A stretch of DNA of 64,000 nt from Nitrospirales bacterium (GTDB lineage: Bacteria; Nitrospirota; Nitrospiria; Nitrospirales; UBA8639), in contig CBDBCZ010000013.1 in the NCBI GenBank assembly GCA_965203295.1, forward strand, positions 448,001-512,000, read 5' to 3'. The notes beneath the pieces were generated by a model. That model was not told the origin of the DNA and made no database searches. It was given only the letters and a program-made list of their open reading frames with translations. Positions 26,861-62,859 of the stretch are shown here, piece after piece. Position 1 is the stretch's first letter. Each line of letters starts with the position of its first letter. The translations under genes and the position numbers were made by a program.

Positions 26861-29800
26861 TGAATAGGTGATGACTGACTGGATCATTAATCTCTTTCCC
26901 AGTGACACTGGTTAAACTATGCCTCTGGGCAGATATCAAAGCCCCCTTGGATTTTATGCCTGCAATCTGAGCCAACTCTGTCCATTTCAAAAGCTGCAGT
27001 TCATGCGACATTCAGTCATGAAACAGGAGATGCCCAGCCAACAGACAGCATGATCAAAAGCAGGCTTGCCATAGCAAATGCCACGGCTGTGAAAAAAGCT
27101 GTGAGGAAAGGCCTGGGTACGAGGCTAGGCTTGCTAGGCCCATGGTGGTAGGTGATGAACAGATCATTTGGAATCATGGGGGGTGTACTATGTGCAATAA
27201 ATTTCTTATTAAATGGGTAGCCATCCAATAGGATATATGTCTTACGCATGTATATACCTTAAACTTGTAAAATGGATAAGACTGGCAAAGCTGTCGTCTG
27301 GCGTCCCAACCCTTCTTGCTTTAACTATGCAGCTTCTGGAGAGCTGCTTCCTGACTGCTCAAAAAGCAATAAATTCAAACTTCCACCCTACGTGCAGACA
27401 CTCGGCTGCCTGCACAATATCACAGTAATGATGTTCAATGGCCCTACACTAGTCTTGTGTACGAATGGCATTGCTATACCGCTGCTTTATTTCAGTGTAC
27501 AACTCCATTTCTATGTCTCAACTTCCATACTGCTAGCATTGTGCTAGCAGTCTGCAGGTGACCACAATCTTTGCGCACACAATAAGCACAGATGCAAGCA
27601 AGCAAATTTATGTTTACAAAACGAACCTCCAGATGCCTGCTTCTCTTCGGAAACATTAGTCCCTTGGCCATCTGTCTTTAGAATTGGATGCAGCACACCT
27701 ACAGATAAATGAGTTATAGCACAGTGTGTGTGGGAGGGGGGGGGGGAACTTATAACAAATGTAAGGCTTCTTCTCTGTACAGTTATAATGTACTACCTCT
27801 GCATTCCTCTTGCTGTCAGTGGAATGGCCCTCTGAATTCAGTACACTGGACTGCTAGTGCAAGTGCTGGATTAGATTAGTGGATTCATTAGTGGACTGGC
27901 CTAAAATACCCGAATTTACCATATTGTTACTACAGCTTATAGAAAGTGCAGGTAGCTGTTTAGGTATTCAACTCCTTAACTTGCTACAGGTAAGTTAAAA
28001 TTTAAGCAGTTACTTCTCTAGAAGCTGCAGAATAGAGGAATACTTTCTTTATGTAGTGATATTGGATAGCTATATACCCCATTCAATGAGAAATTTATTG
28101 TACACACCACCCATGATTCTAAATGGCCTGTTCATCAAGCCATCCAATACTACTGGATATGGACGGTTTGCTATAGAACAAATACTACATAGTGTTACTA
28201 TGAGGGTGCAATAATTACAAGGTATTCAGTGTCCATGCAGGTCAAAGGTCACATGCATATTAAATAAGCAGGCAGCAAGGAGCATGCTTGCGGCAGGTTG
28301 TAGCTGATTAGGTATCTTCTAAAAAAATTGCATGTAATGCAGGGCAAAGGTAATATCAGGCCAGTCCACTACCACCACCCAATCCACTAGTACAGCCCTA
28401 CGTATTCCGACATCAAGTAATTTTGCAGTGATTCTCCAAATGTGGTTCCGTTACCATACCTTAATGAAACTAAAGGTCAAGCCACCAGATCATATTACAA
28501 TTGCAAAGTCCTACTGCCAACTGCTACAGTAACTCTTTGATGCCAGTGGGTATGTATATACACCTGCCATCCTAAAGACATTAATTATTTTAATTCAGCG
28601 TATAATAAATCCCAAATGTCTTTTGTTAAACCTTTTCTATGCGTATTTACCACCCTTGTTTGTGCTTCACAAGTTGCAAGGCAGTGTCATATATATAATA
28701 CTTGGCAGCAATACTAAACAAGGCCAGGGGGCAAGGTGTACATGCCACACTGGTCTATCGAGCTGAATAGACTAATAACACACCTATACATAATACCGTG
28801 ACAGGCACAGGCTCCTGCATGCAGCTAACTTATACACGACAAGAAAGAAACCTCATCTCTTAGTAGCTATGTGCTGGATAGGCGCAAACGCGGCTCTGTT
28901 AGAACATTTTGCGTAAAGGGTTTACTCAGACACTAGGTTTTCTCACCAGTTCTGTCTCCTGGATCCCCTCCACCCCCATTGTGCGGACCGGCACCCCTGG
29001 GTTTGCCCTCAGACATCCTGCATTGAAGAGAAAACAGAAGCACAATCCATAAGAAGGAGTAGGAGAAACAAAACATACACTGTTGCAAGAGGATAATGGC
29101 ATTACAGGCTCAGAATGAATGCTCACACAAGACGTCATTTTCTAATAAATGAATGTGGATGTCTCACTTTGTGTTTATGAGGTCATTACTCTTGCTGCAG
29201 TGTACTACATGTATATATACAATCATGTTTTCCTGCTCCAATCCTATGCTTACAGACACTACTATATAGCTAGCTGATGCACTGGAATGGCTATAGCCAT
29301 GAATCTTGTACGTAAGTAATCATGTTTGTGATTTTAATAAACATCATTAGGAGTGGCAATAGCTATGAATATTTAATTGTTTACAGGTACTACCGTAAGA
29401 CACAGTATAACATTACTATAGAATAATATTGCTACAGTAAAAGACTATACAGCCATTTTCTCTGGAAGCTTAGGAAAGTTGTATAGTACCAAAATGGCTC
29501 AAAGCATGTCAATTGACTTTATCTGGCTCTACTAAATTAAAGCCAATTGATGCAGTTTTATTTTATATATTCACAATAATTTGATCACTGTTACACTTTC
29601 TTCACTGCTGCTGGTAAAAAAGTGCATGTGAGTAATTAGAGTACACTTATGCATTTGTACATGCATAAAACTGTAACCGAGATAACCTTAGTATGGCAGA
29701 CTTGACTATTATTAGCGAACTATAAAAACTATAAACTATGAGCCCTGTGAACTCTTATTCAGATATTGACACTATGTAGTCGTAAAATTAAAATAAAAAA

Positions 29801-30007
29801 ATCAGCACAAGACAACAGTGTGTATTTCAATTTGATCCGTTCATCCGCTACAATGCATAGGAGGAATGCATACATTAAACTTAGCTGTGAGATGTATCGC
29901 AAAATGCACGAATATGAGCACATAATTGAAGGGCTGAGAGCCATAGTGGGCCAACCCAAAATCAAGAACTGAAAAGTGCATAACAGTACAAGTCTGACAT
30001 TTCATGC

Positions 30008-30435
30008 CTAAAAAAACAGCCGGACGCCTTTCCCGTACAATACACACAACTCAGCATAGGCCAAGCTACTAAATCACAGCTGTAGAGCCAGAGATACTAT
30101 ATTCCTAGAGCGGTACAGCGAAAGTGCTGACTCAGCAGTTTCGTCATGCGCCTCCAGTTAGTAGCTATATGCCAAGAAACCCAGGATCTTTACGGCTACC
30201 TATCACGTTTTCGCCATCTAGGCAACACAAAACTACCTTCATTTGCTGTAGCTTGGCCTGCAAACCTCCAAAAGTTGCTATACACTGCAGTTGCATAGTA
30301 ACGTATGACGTAATATATTGCGCACGTGATAAGTGCGGACGCACAGACAAACAAACAAACAAACAGACGCGGAAAACGTAAAGCAATCTTAGTACCAGCC
30401 GTTCGCGCGCTGCGCGCGCTCCGGCTGGTAAAAAT
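30008..30435. mobile_element. DINE-1/HINE-like non-autonomous element, family 2
   Basis: (CAAA)n tract then terminal stem-loop accagccgttcgcgcgctgcgcgcgctccggctggt; second copy at 54810-55325. Confidence 0.65.
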
Positions 30436-30498
30436 CAATTTAAAAGTGCATGAGTGTATTACTAAGCACGTAGTCAACATAATTATGTTCACTATGTA

Positions 30499-31451
30499 TG
30501 TATAGGATATACCACGTCTACGAGGTGTATAAACGCACGTAAACTAGGCTAGACAGTTTACCCGAGGCGTAGCGGAGGGTAAACCGTATAGCGGAGTTTA
30601 TCGCGTTTAGGCGTGGTATATCCGGCTTATATCACAGGCGGCCAATCGCTTCTTGCCGTTTGTCATCGCCATCGCCACGTTAACGAACATGAAAACATGC
30701 ATGGAAAACATGAAAACAAAATAGTAGTATAAACACCTTTATACCACATTACATCATCTACAATAAAAATGATTGGCTAAAAAGTATGGGTTACGTAGCT
30801 TCATAACCCACACTTTTTATCAGTTCGCTACGTTGCTACGCAGCGAAGATTGTACGCATGCGCAACGTGGTATAAGTCAGATAGACCACACCCACTCGTG
30901 TGTTATGCGCTATAACCCACTTGTTTGCATTTATCCCTCGGCTTCGCCTCGGGATAACCGCAAACTCGTGGGTTATATAGGCGCATAACCCACTCTTTGG
31001 CGTGGTCTATCCTATACTTATACTCCTCTCTGTAGCCAATGAATTTCTCCAAAAGTGATGTAATGTGATATAATTAGTGGTTACCTGAATTGCAGATGAC
31101 AGTGTATGTATAGGATATACCACGCCTACGAGGAGTATAAACGCAGATAAACTCCGCTAGACAGTTTACCCGAGGCGTAGCCGAGGGTAAACCGTCTAGC
31201 GGAGTTTATCGTGTTTATACTCCGATTAGGCGTGGTATATCCGGCTTATATCACAGGCGGCCAATCGCTTCTTGCCGTTTGTCATCGCCATAGTTACCAT
31301 TCAGCAGTATTCGTTTATTACGTAAACAAAAAACACGTCAACGAACATGAAAACACGCATGGAAAACATGAAAACAAAATAGTAGTATAAACACCTTTAT
31401 ACTCCTCTCTGTAGCCAATGAATTTCTCCAAAAGTGATGTAATGTGATATA
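30499..31451. mobile_element. Two copies of a palindromic hairpin element (30499-31072 and 31109-31451); the first holds a related element at ~30744-31017
   Basis: Core cccgaggcgtagc(c/g)gaggg; nested insert flanked by a ttata duplication relative to the second copy. Confidence 0.75.
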
Positions 31452-31690
31452 AGTAGGAGTTAGACCTCAAAGTAGGTGTTTTGAATACATGTCATACATT
31501 TTTGTGAGTCTTTCATCACTATATAACATGCGACTCAGAAGGTTCCAGGAACCTCAGGCTCCTGGAACCTCCTCCATTTGGAATGTTGAGTCCCATGTAG
31601 ATAAAAGACTCACAATTTGTACATAATTTGTATGAAATGCCAAATATCTTAGGAGTAACAAATCACCCCTTTGTGGTCTAACTCCTACTT
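31451..31690. mobile_element. MITE
   Basis: 16-bp TIR aagtaggagttagacc / ggtctaactcctactt. Confidence 0.7.
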
Positions 31691-31711
31691 CCATAGCTAC
31701 CCAGATCGGGT

Positions 31712-31881
31712 ATCCACTCAGTAGTCAAAAACATATTTTTTTGCAGTGCATAAATTACATTTTTGTCTCAAGTTTGGGAGGGGGAAGTTCCTTCCATTAG
31801 GAATCCACTCAGTAGTCAAAAACAATATTTTTTTGCAGTGTATGAATTACATTTTTGTCTCAAGTTTGGGAGGGGGAAGTT
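31712..31881. repeat. Short direct repeat (~80 bp, two copies)
   Basis: atccactcagtagtcaaaaac...gggagggggaagttc present twice. Confidence 0.75.
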
Positions 31882-32405
31882 CGCAGGCTTGCTGTGATTC
31901 TTCTGCTAGTTATCATACAACTAGTAAAAGCCGTACACAATTCCCTCCTAGCAAATTGATGAGTAGCTAGCTATAGCATATAGTGTACGTGGGTGGGCCT
32001 AGGGGGAAGCTCCCTACCCCCACCCCCACTCCCAAACAAAAGCTTCCCCACCCAAAAAGATAGCTACATATCAAGCAATTTTATAGACTTAAGAAAGACG
32101 GTAAACAGACAATTTAGTGTGTGTGTGTATACATACAGTATAAAAAATATTTCTTTCTGAGGGCAGTGGGTTAGCTAATGGCTTCAAGGCCATCATTAAA
32201 GAGTTGACATGGTCCTTCTATGCATACATTCAAGGTTAGTGTCCTCTAACAGCTTTCTAGCTAGTGACGTTCCTCTCTACAGTAGCCTCAGAAACCCCCC
32301 ACTCCCATCCAATAAAAATGAATCTGGATGAAACGCTTGCAATAATGTACACATAGCTATATAGACAGCTAAGGTAAAGCGGTGCTATTCCAACAGAATT
32401 TTCAC

Positions 32406-34397
32406 CCCGGGGGTAATCCGGACATTGGATTGTAGATCCAGTTTCACAGGAGTTGCAAAGCTGAAAACCGCTCTGCATAAAGCTGTCCTATTGACCTATA
32501 CTGAGTCATAAAATCATCGCCTAACTCCACAGTGCGCTGGAGATTAAGCGCAACTGTCGGGAATACTCCGCCATCGGAATAGCCCCGCCATCTTATATTA
32601 CGTATCCATGCACTATTCGCTTACTCCTACGTCTGGCTTGTGTACCGATCCTTTCCTTTAGATATACCTGATTACACTTGGATAACAGAGAACCAATCAA
32701 ACCAGCCGGAAAAAAAATTACAGTAGCTACAACTGTATTCACTATAGACACGCCTACCATGTGACGTCAGTGCGCCTCGCTCTAGTCTTCGCGACAGCCG
32801 GACTTCTCCTTTGCATGCAGGATTTTGTAGCCATGAAAAGGACAAAAGCTACCTCTATCTCTAACGTTCTGGACAACCAGAATTAAAAAGCACTAGGTCA
32901 CTACCAAAATGGATATGGATAATTGATTGTCCAATGGCCGAGCCACTACTTAACTCTGGCTTCAAGGCATCCTATATACAGCTAGCGCCATGGATGCGTG
33001 TATCACTCTATGACGAACAAAAATGAGGTATTACTGTATAGACGCATACCACAAAATTGAAGGCTAGAGCACCAAATTCTGATTTACCTGAGTTGCAAAG
33101 TTTATATACATGTATGCATAACAATTATCTGATTTCCTTTAAATTATCATTCTCTTGCTCAGGCCATAAAATCAGGTGATAGAGTAGCCTATTCAATTCA
33201 TACTTTGTGCATTTTGGTCCTTTGGGAAGAATCCCAACATGAACATTCATATACGCCAAACAAGGCCTGCACATGCTTGTTTAAATAATCACAGCAAACG
33301 TCTAAGCATCAACATCCTTATGAATATAATCATGGATGTATTTTGCACTATCCCTAAAATAGCTTGCTAGAGTCAGTTAAGCTATATAGGCAAAACCCGG
33401 GGGTAATCCGGACATTGGATTGTAGATCCAGTTTCACAGGAGTTGCAAAGCTGAAAACCGCTCTGCATAAAGCTGTCCTATTGACCTATACTGAGTCATA
33501 AAATCGCCTAACTCCACAGTGCGCTGCATGGAGATTAAGCGCAACTGTCGGGAATACTCCGCCATCGGAATAGCCCCGCCATCTTATATTATCCCTGCAC
33601 TATTCGCTTACCCCTACGTCTGGCTTGTGTACCGATCCTTTCCTTTTAGATATACCTGATTACACTTGGATAACAGAGAACCAATCAAACCAGCCGGAAA
33701 AAAAATTACAGTTGCTACAACTGTATTCACTATAGACACGCCTACCATGTGACGTCAGTGCGCCTCGCTCTAGTCTTCGCGGCAATCGCCGGCAAATTCC
33801 GCAATCTTGGTAGCCGGACTTCTCCTTTGCATGCAGGATTTTGTAGCCATGAAAAGGATAAAAGCTACCTCTATCTCTAACGTTCTGGACAACCAGAAAG
33901 CACTAGGTCACTACCAAATGGATATGGATAATTGATTGTCCAATGGCCGAGCCACCACTTGACTCTGGCTTCAAGGCATCCTATATACAGCTAGCACCAT
34001 GGATGCGTGTATCATTCTATGACGAACAAAAATGAGGTATTACTGTATAGACGCATACCACAAAATTGAAGGCTAGAGCACCAAATTCTGATTTACCTGA
34101 GTTGCAAAGTTAATATACATGTATGCATAACAATTATCTGATTTCCTTTAAATTATCATTCTCTTGCTCAGGCCATAAAATCAGGTGATAGAGTAGCCTA
34201 TTCAATTCATACTTTGTGCATTTTGGTCCTTTGGGAAGAATCCCAACATGAACATTCATATACGCCAAACAAGGCCTGCACATGCTTGTTTAAATAATCA
34301 CAGCAAACGTCTAAGCATCAACATCCTTATGAATATAATCATGGATGTATCCCTAAAATAGCTTGCTAGAGTCAGTTAAGCTATATAGGCAAAACCC
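32406..34397. repeat. ~1-kb head-to-tail tandem duplication
   Basis: 32406-33395 and 33396-34397 are near identical; accc microhomology at the junction. Confidence 0.92.
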
Positions 34398-36111
34398 CTA
34401 ACCTTTAATAAGCCTCAAACAGGTGATGTGTTCATTGAAAACGAAAGAGTGATAAAGTAGAAATGTGAAGCCACCAGATGAGTGATGGGTACACACTAAT
34501 AGTATTAGTCGCATGACTGTAGCAGAGGCTCATACTGTGATGGAGAGACAGGCTCATTGACTGTTTAGCCGTGAATAGTAGCCCTAGATCTATTACATCG
34601 GAAGACAATATATATCATGCAACGTTGGGTAGAGGATGACATGTCCACCATCTATAACCTCTTTCCTGGCTCTACCACATCACTATGCATGGGTCTCTCA
34701 ATCAGACTATATATGCATGTGTAACGATATTCATAAAATCTAGCAACTTCTGATAATAGAAAATATTCTCCGTGAGTGACCAGTAACTTGTTTATATAAT
34801 TATGTAATTGCAAGCGAAGACTGTAATAATATTATGCAACCATGCAGGGCAAAACACGCTTTTTACAGTCACTTAAACAAGTACATGCTAAACTACCATG
34901 CATCTCTTTAATGTGTGTTTATCTTGTGTTACAGTATAGGATACTCTATTTCAGTGGAAAGTGCAAGTCTATGTCCTGTTATATTATCTCGGCAGTATTA
35001 ATTTGGTTGTGCTATTTATTCTGCAATAATCTGATGTTACTATTATTGTTTTCTCAATTAATAAATTCGAAGCAATGCAATCATGTGACCTAGGTCATAC
35101 TATGTATGATTGTATGGTAATTTTGTGACTTCAACTCCCTTAACACATCAGGTTAACTGCAATATTTCACGTAGTGCACTCGGGACGGTACTTTAACTTA
35201 TATCCAACTCAGTTAACTGTGCATCAGAACAATGTTCATTCGGCGTGGTAAATCTTTTGCATGCCTATAGTGATCACTGTTGCTGTGCTCATTGGATTCG
35301 AAACTCTACTGCAATCATAATTATTGAATATTCACATGGTTCTATTTTAAAAGGGAAGTAATAGTTGACTACATTATATAGCATTATGGATTCTTCCAGG
35401 AACTGTTATAGAATAATGTGATGGAAAATATATATCATTTTAATGACATCGTTTACAACGGCGTCTCAAAGGCTTGAAGTGTACAGATTGAAAGCAACAA
35501 CTCAGGGGAAAGACTCAAACTACAACTTTTAAATCTGTAACAAGGGGTTTCAATTAAAAATGTGTGGCCAATACACCATCCTCATTCTGCTGCCAGCGCT
35601 GCATGTCTTGGATATTACAACAATGAGAAGCTGACTTTTAATTGAGGCTTCAGTCTAGGAGATGAAGGAGATGATCTATTAATAATTGTCGAGACATATA
35701 AAAGTGGACCAGGAGTGAACAAATGATTGTAGAAGGCTCCACTCACAACAGACATGTGGACAGGACGTCCCCCAGGAATCATGGTCCTAGGACTGGCTGT
35801 CCCCCCCTCTCCCTTTCCCCCCACCCCCCACAGCATAATCTTTACAGTGAAGTTTTGTTTAAAATCTGTAAGATGGCTTTAGGGTATGGTGAACAACATG
35901 CACATGACACAATGATAATACAAGTCCTTATGAATACAAACTCTACCACTGACATATCGAAATTAAAATGATGCACACAAATAATACTTCCTTCTTGTGT
36001 AGTACAATTCCTTAACAGGCACTAACTACGAATGTGGAATGAGATATAGGTCCAATTCTAGCTACTAACTCCAGCATTGGTCATGAGCTACTTGCATTGT
36101 CAGTATAATTT

Positions 36112-45239
<9,128 letters not shown>

Positions 45240-47197
45240 GGCTGCAGACCGACCAGACACTGGCACAGGATGATAGATCTACTTTGAGAATGGCCAACAA
45301 TTCAGCAATCAAGACTGATTCAGAAGACAAGTGGTAAATTAGCTCACATCAAAAAAGAATTGGTTATCTCAGTTGCTACTTCAATACTAAACAATGCTTC
45401 ACTACTATTATAATACTCCAATTTCAGATAAATACTGAAGTGAAGTCATACAGGTAACTATAACAATTGTAGGAATGCTAGCGCTAGAAGTGCAGCTGCA
45501 CTGTACTAACCCCTTAATTATTGAAGGCACAATACAAGTACTGCTGCACTCTAAACATTTTCAAGTGTGTAAGATTGATCTGCTTGTAAACACTTGTACT
45601 GTTTTGTAGTGAGCTGGCAACTGCTAGCTGGCTTATAGCAAAACACTTGTTTAGGCAGTGTACCAATTTGTACTGCAGGAAGCCATTATCATGGGAATTT
45701 GAAACCTAGTTCATAATATTAACTTCCCAACAGCTGCTCTTGCCAAATACCATAAACAGTAATACTATAGTGCTCATATTCCCATCAAAATTGGCTTCCT
45801 GCAGTATAACCTGCATAGTTTGGTAGTACAGCTGCAACTGTCTAGCAGGTTTCAAGCAAGCCTTTTTATTTTTATAGTTAGAGTAACTATGCCAAGTTAG
45901 CTATATAACACTCACGCCACACAGAGTAGCCAGCTTCAGAGGAATCAGAAAGACATTAAGGAAGCCAATGTACATAACGTATATTGGCCAGCACACTTAA
46001 CTAGCTGTACCAGCTCAAACTTGGAAAAGTGCTCAAGCACAGTGCAGCCCTGTATGTCGTCTATGTTGCGATGACATCACAAAGTTTCAACAATCATGAA
46101 CGTGTACCTAGATAGGAAAAACAAACAAAGAAGTGCAAGTGCCGTATACATAATACAGCATTTGTGCAATCAAGAATAGCTACAAAAGTGAGCAGGTTGC
46201 AAAAGATTTGGGATCCCACCCCGCTATGTAAGCCTCATTACCACCTAATCTACAATACACTGCAATCGAAGCAAACTCAAATTGCCAGTAGCCTATAACA
46301 CCATGTAGTAATTATTGTTTATACACACAATAAGGTCAAGGAAAAGTTATAGGTCATTCTATATAATCAAATAACAATTTGCTGACAACCCATTCATCAA
46401 TGCTGAGTTCATTACCATGCACAATCACAGTCCCAAAGATACAATGGCTCATCGTAAAACTGCTAGTAATTTAAAAGTGTGTTGATACCACATATTTTGC
46501 AGTCTCAGAAATGCTCCACTGCCCAATTACAGTTGAGTATGCACATGCATTTACAGGTACCATGACTGATTATTGAACATCAGCCCCAGTTGTGTAGAGT
46601 CAAGAGGTTACTGAGTAGCTACATGTAAATTGTACTGTTTACCCCGAAAATCTGGCCTTATAGCTATTATAATAAGTGTACTAATTTTGGCCTGCCGTAC
46701 TATATCATTCACACCGACTTTCATTATGCAGCCTCAGGGTGAGAAGGGGGCAAGTTATATAAATGCTGTCTTACATTAAACTTCTACTTCACATAGAGTT
46801 AGAGACCTGGACCAGTTGGTCAATTCGTGCATATGTAGCCCCCAGACCCCCCCAAAACTGGCTGTCACATGTCAGGATAGAATTTCCCCCCTCACTGCAT
46901 AACCTTCAAAGTGAAAGTTTGGTTGTGCAAGATGACCTCAGGGTGCATGTGGTGAACTACAAGTTCTATACTAATAATACAGGTTATTATAAATACAAAA
47001 CTCTACCATGGACATATCCAAAGTAAAATGATGTACGCAAATGAATCTAACTTCCTCCTTGTATAGTGCAGTTTTTTTAATTAATAGATTTGAAAATTCA
47101 AAAGGCACTAACTACGAATGTGGAATGAGATGGGTCCAAGTCTATAGCTACGAACACTAGCATTGGTCATGAGCTACTTGTATCATCAGTATATTCA

Positions 47198-60332
<13,135 letters not shown>

Positions 60333-61273
60333 GGCTGCAGACCGACCAGACACTGGCACAGGATGATAGATGAATGACCAACAATTCAACAATCAAGACA
60401 ATCAAACAATGAAGACTGAAGTCAAGCAGTAGAAATAGCACTGTCAAAAAAGAATGTTTTGGCCCAGTTTAGGTAATATGAATTGCAAGTACAATACAGC
60501 CAATAACCTAAGTAGTAGATAACACTACTAACTGTTTATACTCTGAATATATGATTCCTTGAAGTTTTATGAGTGGTATATATATAACTTGGTTGATTTC
60601 AAAGTGTTACAAGTACCTTTCCAAGGATTCAGCTGCTCTTGTCAAATACCATAATAATAAGCAAAACATAGTTCTCAAATTATTGGCATAGTTTGGTAGT
60701 GCAGCTGTAACTGAGATAACCCTAGCTGGATTAACACGACCCCTTTCATTTTTGTAGTGAGAGCAACTATGCCAAGCTAGCTATACAACACTGACACCGC
60801 ACAGCACAACTATAAGTACAGCTAGCTACTTTTAGTTGTGCTTCAGCATAGCTTATTAGTGTGTACATGTAGGTACACAATTCTTACTTGCATGCTTGCT
60901 ATATCTCCTACATAGTTGCTTTGGATTGTGTCACACTGTTAAAAAAGGGGTGTTAACCAAACACCTTTAGGGGCGCTATAGTCGCTGTGAACACCAAGCT
61001 CCCCATGGGTTCTATGTTACACCTTAAACGGTGGTTTGTTAAACCCTAAACGGTGGTATGTTACACCTTAAATGGTGGTATACCACCCTCATGCAGTGTT
61101 TAACATACACCCCCAGAGTTTAGGTGTATTTCTGCACTCCCATAATAATAAAACACTCACAAGTAGCCATTGTGGAATAAACGCAATACAAATTTAATTG
61201 GTGACAACAAAATTGTACAATACAGCATAATATCAATGTTCAGGTTATTGAAATACAAAAAACACTAATAATT

Positions 61274-61721
61274 CACTGCAAAAATAAGTGGTTGGTTTTA
61301 ACCCACATAAGGTCACCTCAGTTGCAGCCCCACTACTCGCGTGCAGTGCAATAAGATTACTTTCCTCACTAGGCCAAGCTAGATCAGCTTTCTTAGGTGC
61401 ATGGGATAGAAATGGATTGGTACAAAATATGCGTTGCTAATGGTCTTTCCTTCCTTTAGAAATTGGAGCCTAAATAGGGTGGTAAAGTGATCCACTTGTT
61501 TACATTGTTTTGTACATGTACACTGCAACTGAGATATCCCTAGCTGGTTTAAAGCAACCTTTTAGGTTTTGCAGTGCGTATTTCCTTAATTATAGGAGCC
61601 ATAAAGGTATTATGTTGGGCAAATAATGTAATTGAGCTGCCTGTATGCACATTTTTTGGTAGTGAACTTGCAACTGCGATACCCCCAGCTGAATTAAAGT
61701 GACTCTTTTGTTTTTGCAGTG
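61274..61721. mobile_element. CACTGCAAAA-terminal composite MITE, uninterrupted inverse copy of 56013-57504
   Basis: Reverse-complement identity to 56013-56465 plus 57472-57504. Confidence 0.8.
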
Positions 61722-62859
61722 TAGTAGTTCGTGACTTCATGCATTCTTTACTTGCGCTTGTAAGATTGAAGTTCCTTCTGCCACAATGAAACAGCATGGC
61801 TTGTGAGAGTTCCTTCAGCCACCAGCAGTGCATGGTTGTGGCTGCTGTCACTCAGCAGCATCTACTTAGAGATCACAAATTTCCTGCATAGAACAATGTA
61901 GAATGTATGCACATAACAGCATGCAGACTTAGTGCTATGCATGCATGGACAAAATGATCAATAGTGGAAGTACTTACCCGGCATAAAGTCAACCACATTC
62001 TTGAACGTGGTCACACAGCATAGAGTGCCAAGTACTGCAAGGGTGAGAGTAAGTGAACTCCAGTTCAGTACAATTGGGTGAAGCTTACCCCCCCCCCCCC
62101 CCCCCAACTAGGTGAAATAAAGTCTTCTCAAAACCATAGCTAGTCTATGTGTGAAACCAGTCCTACACGTACCTCTACAGTATACAGGATTAGTGTAGTT
62201 TAATCCTCCCAAGAGATGCTATTGTAAGCTAGCTAGATTATGTATCACCCACACAGTTAGGGGAGAGAGGCCACAGCTCATCCTTTCCAGTTCTTCCATC
62301 ATGGTATAGCTAGTTTCTGCAAACAGCTTTCTTTGCTGACCTGTATGGAACAAATGTTTCATAGTACTTTGCTTTGCAGTTACATGTACAGTACATAAAT
62401 ATGTGTTATAGCTATCTCAGTTTCACTTACCTTTAGTAGGTCATCTTGGTTGGTGATGGCTCAAACACTTGTGGAAAAGCTCTTGAAACAATTCCAGCAG
62501 GACTTGTCAATGTTAAGCAATAGTAACTATAACTTAACTGCAGCTAGCAATGAGTGGTAGCAGTAACTTTGTCAATTTTTGAAAAATTCACATTCCAACT
62601 ACAGGTGACAATAGCACGTATGCATTCTCTTTTCAAAGGGTCAACATTACATCATACAATACTGTACTTTGCCATCTCTTACTGCAAGTTTCCCAGGCAG
62701 GACCTTAAGAAATTTCCAGTAGGGATGCATTACTCGCCTTCGACTTAGCTGTTGTACTTATAATAGTTGTGGGTGAGAGTGGGTAAATAATTAATAACTC
62801 CCATTCAATACAATTTTGTTACCACATTTAACGTACCCTTGAAGTCTACTATTAAAAAG

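Larger units (their letters stand above)
23550..29016 (-). pseudogene. Probable decayed 5' exons of the RNF213-like gene
   Basis: Candidate first coding exon 28947-29016 (cag|G ATG, MSEGKPRGAGPHNGGGGDPGDRT, G|gtgag) and exon 27627-27698 are open. Later splice-site-bounded blocks (~27.3 kb, 26.3-26.6 kb, 25.7-26.07 kb, 23.55-24.34 kb) could not be read through without stops, and one holds a LINE insertion. Confidence 0.45.
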
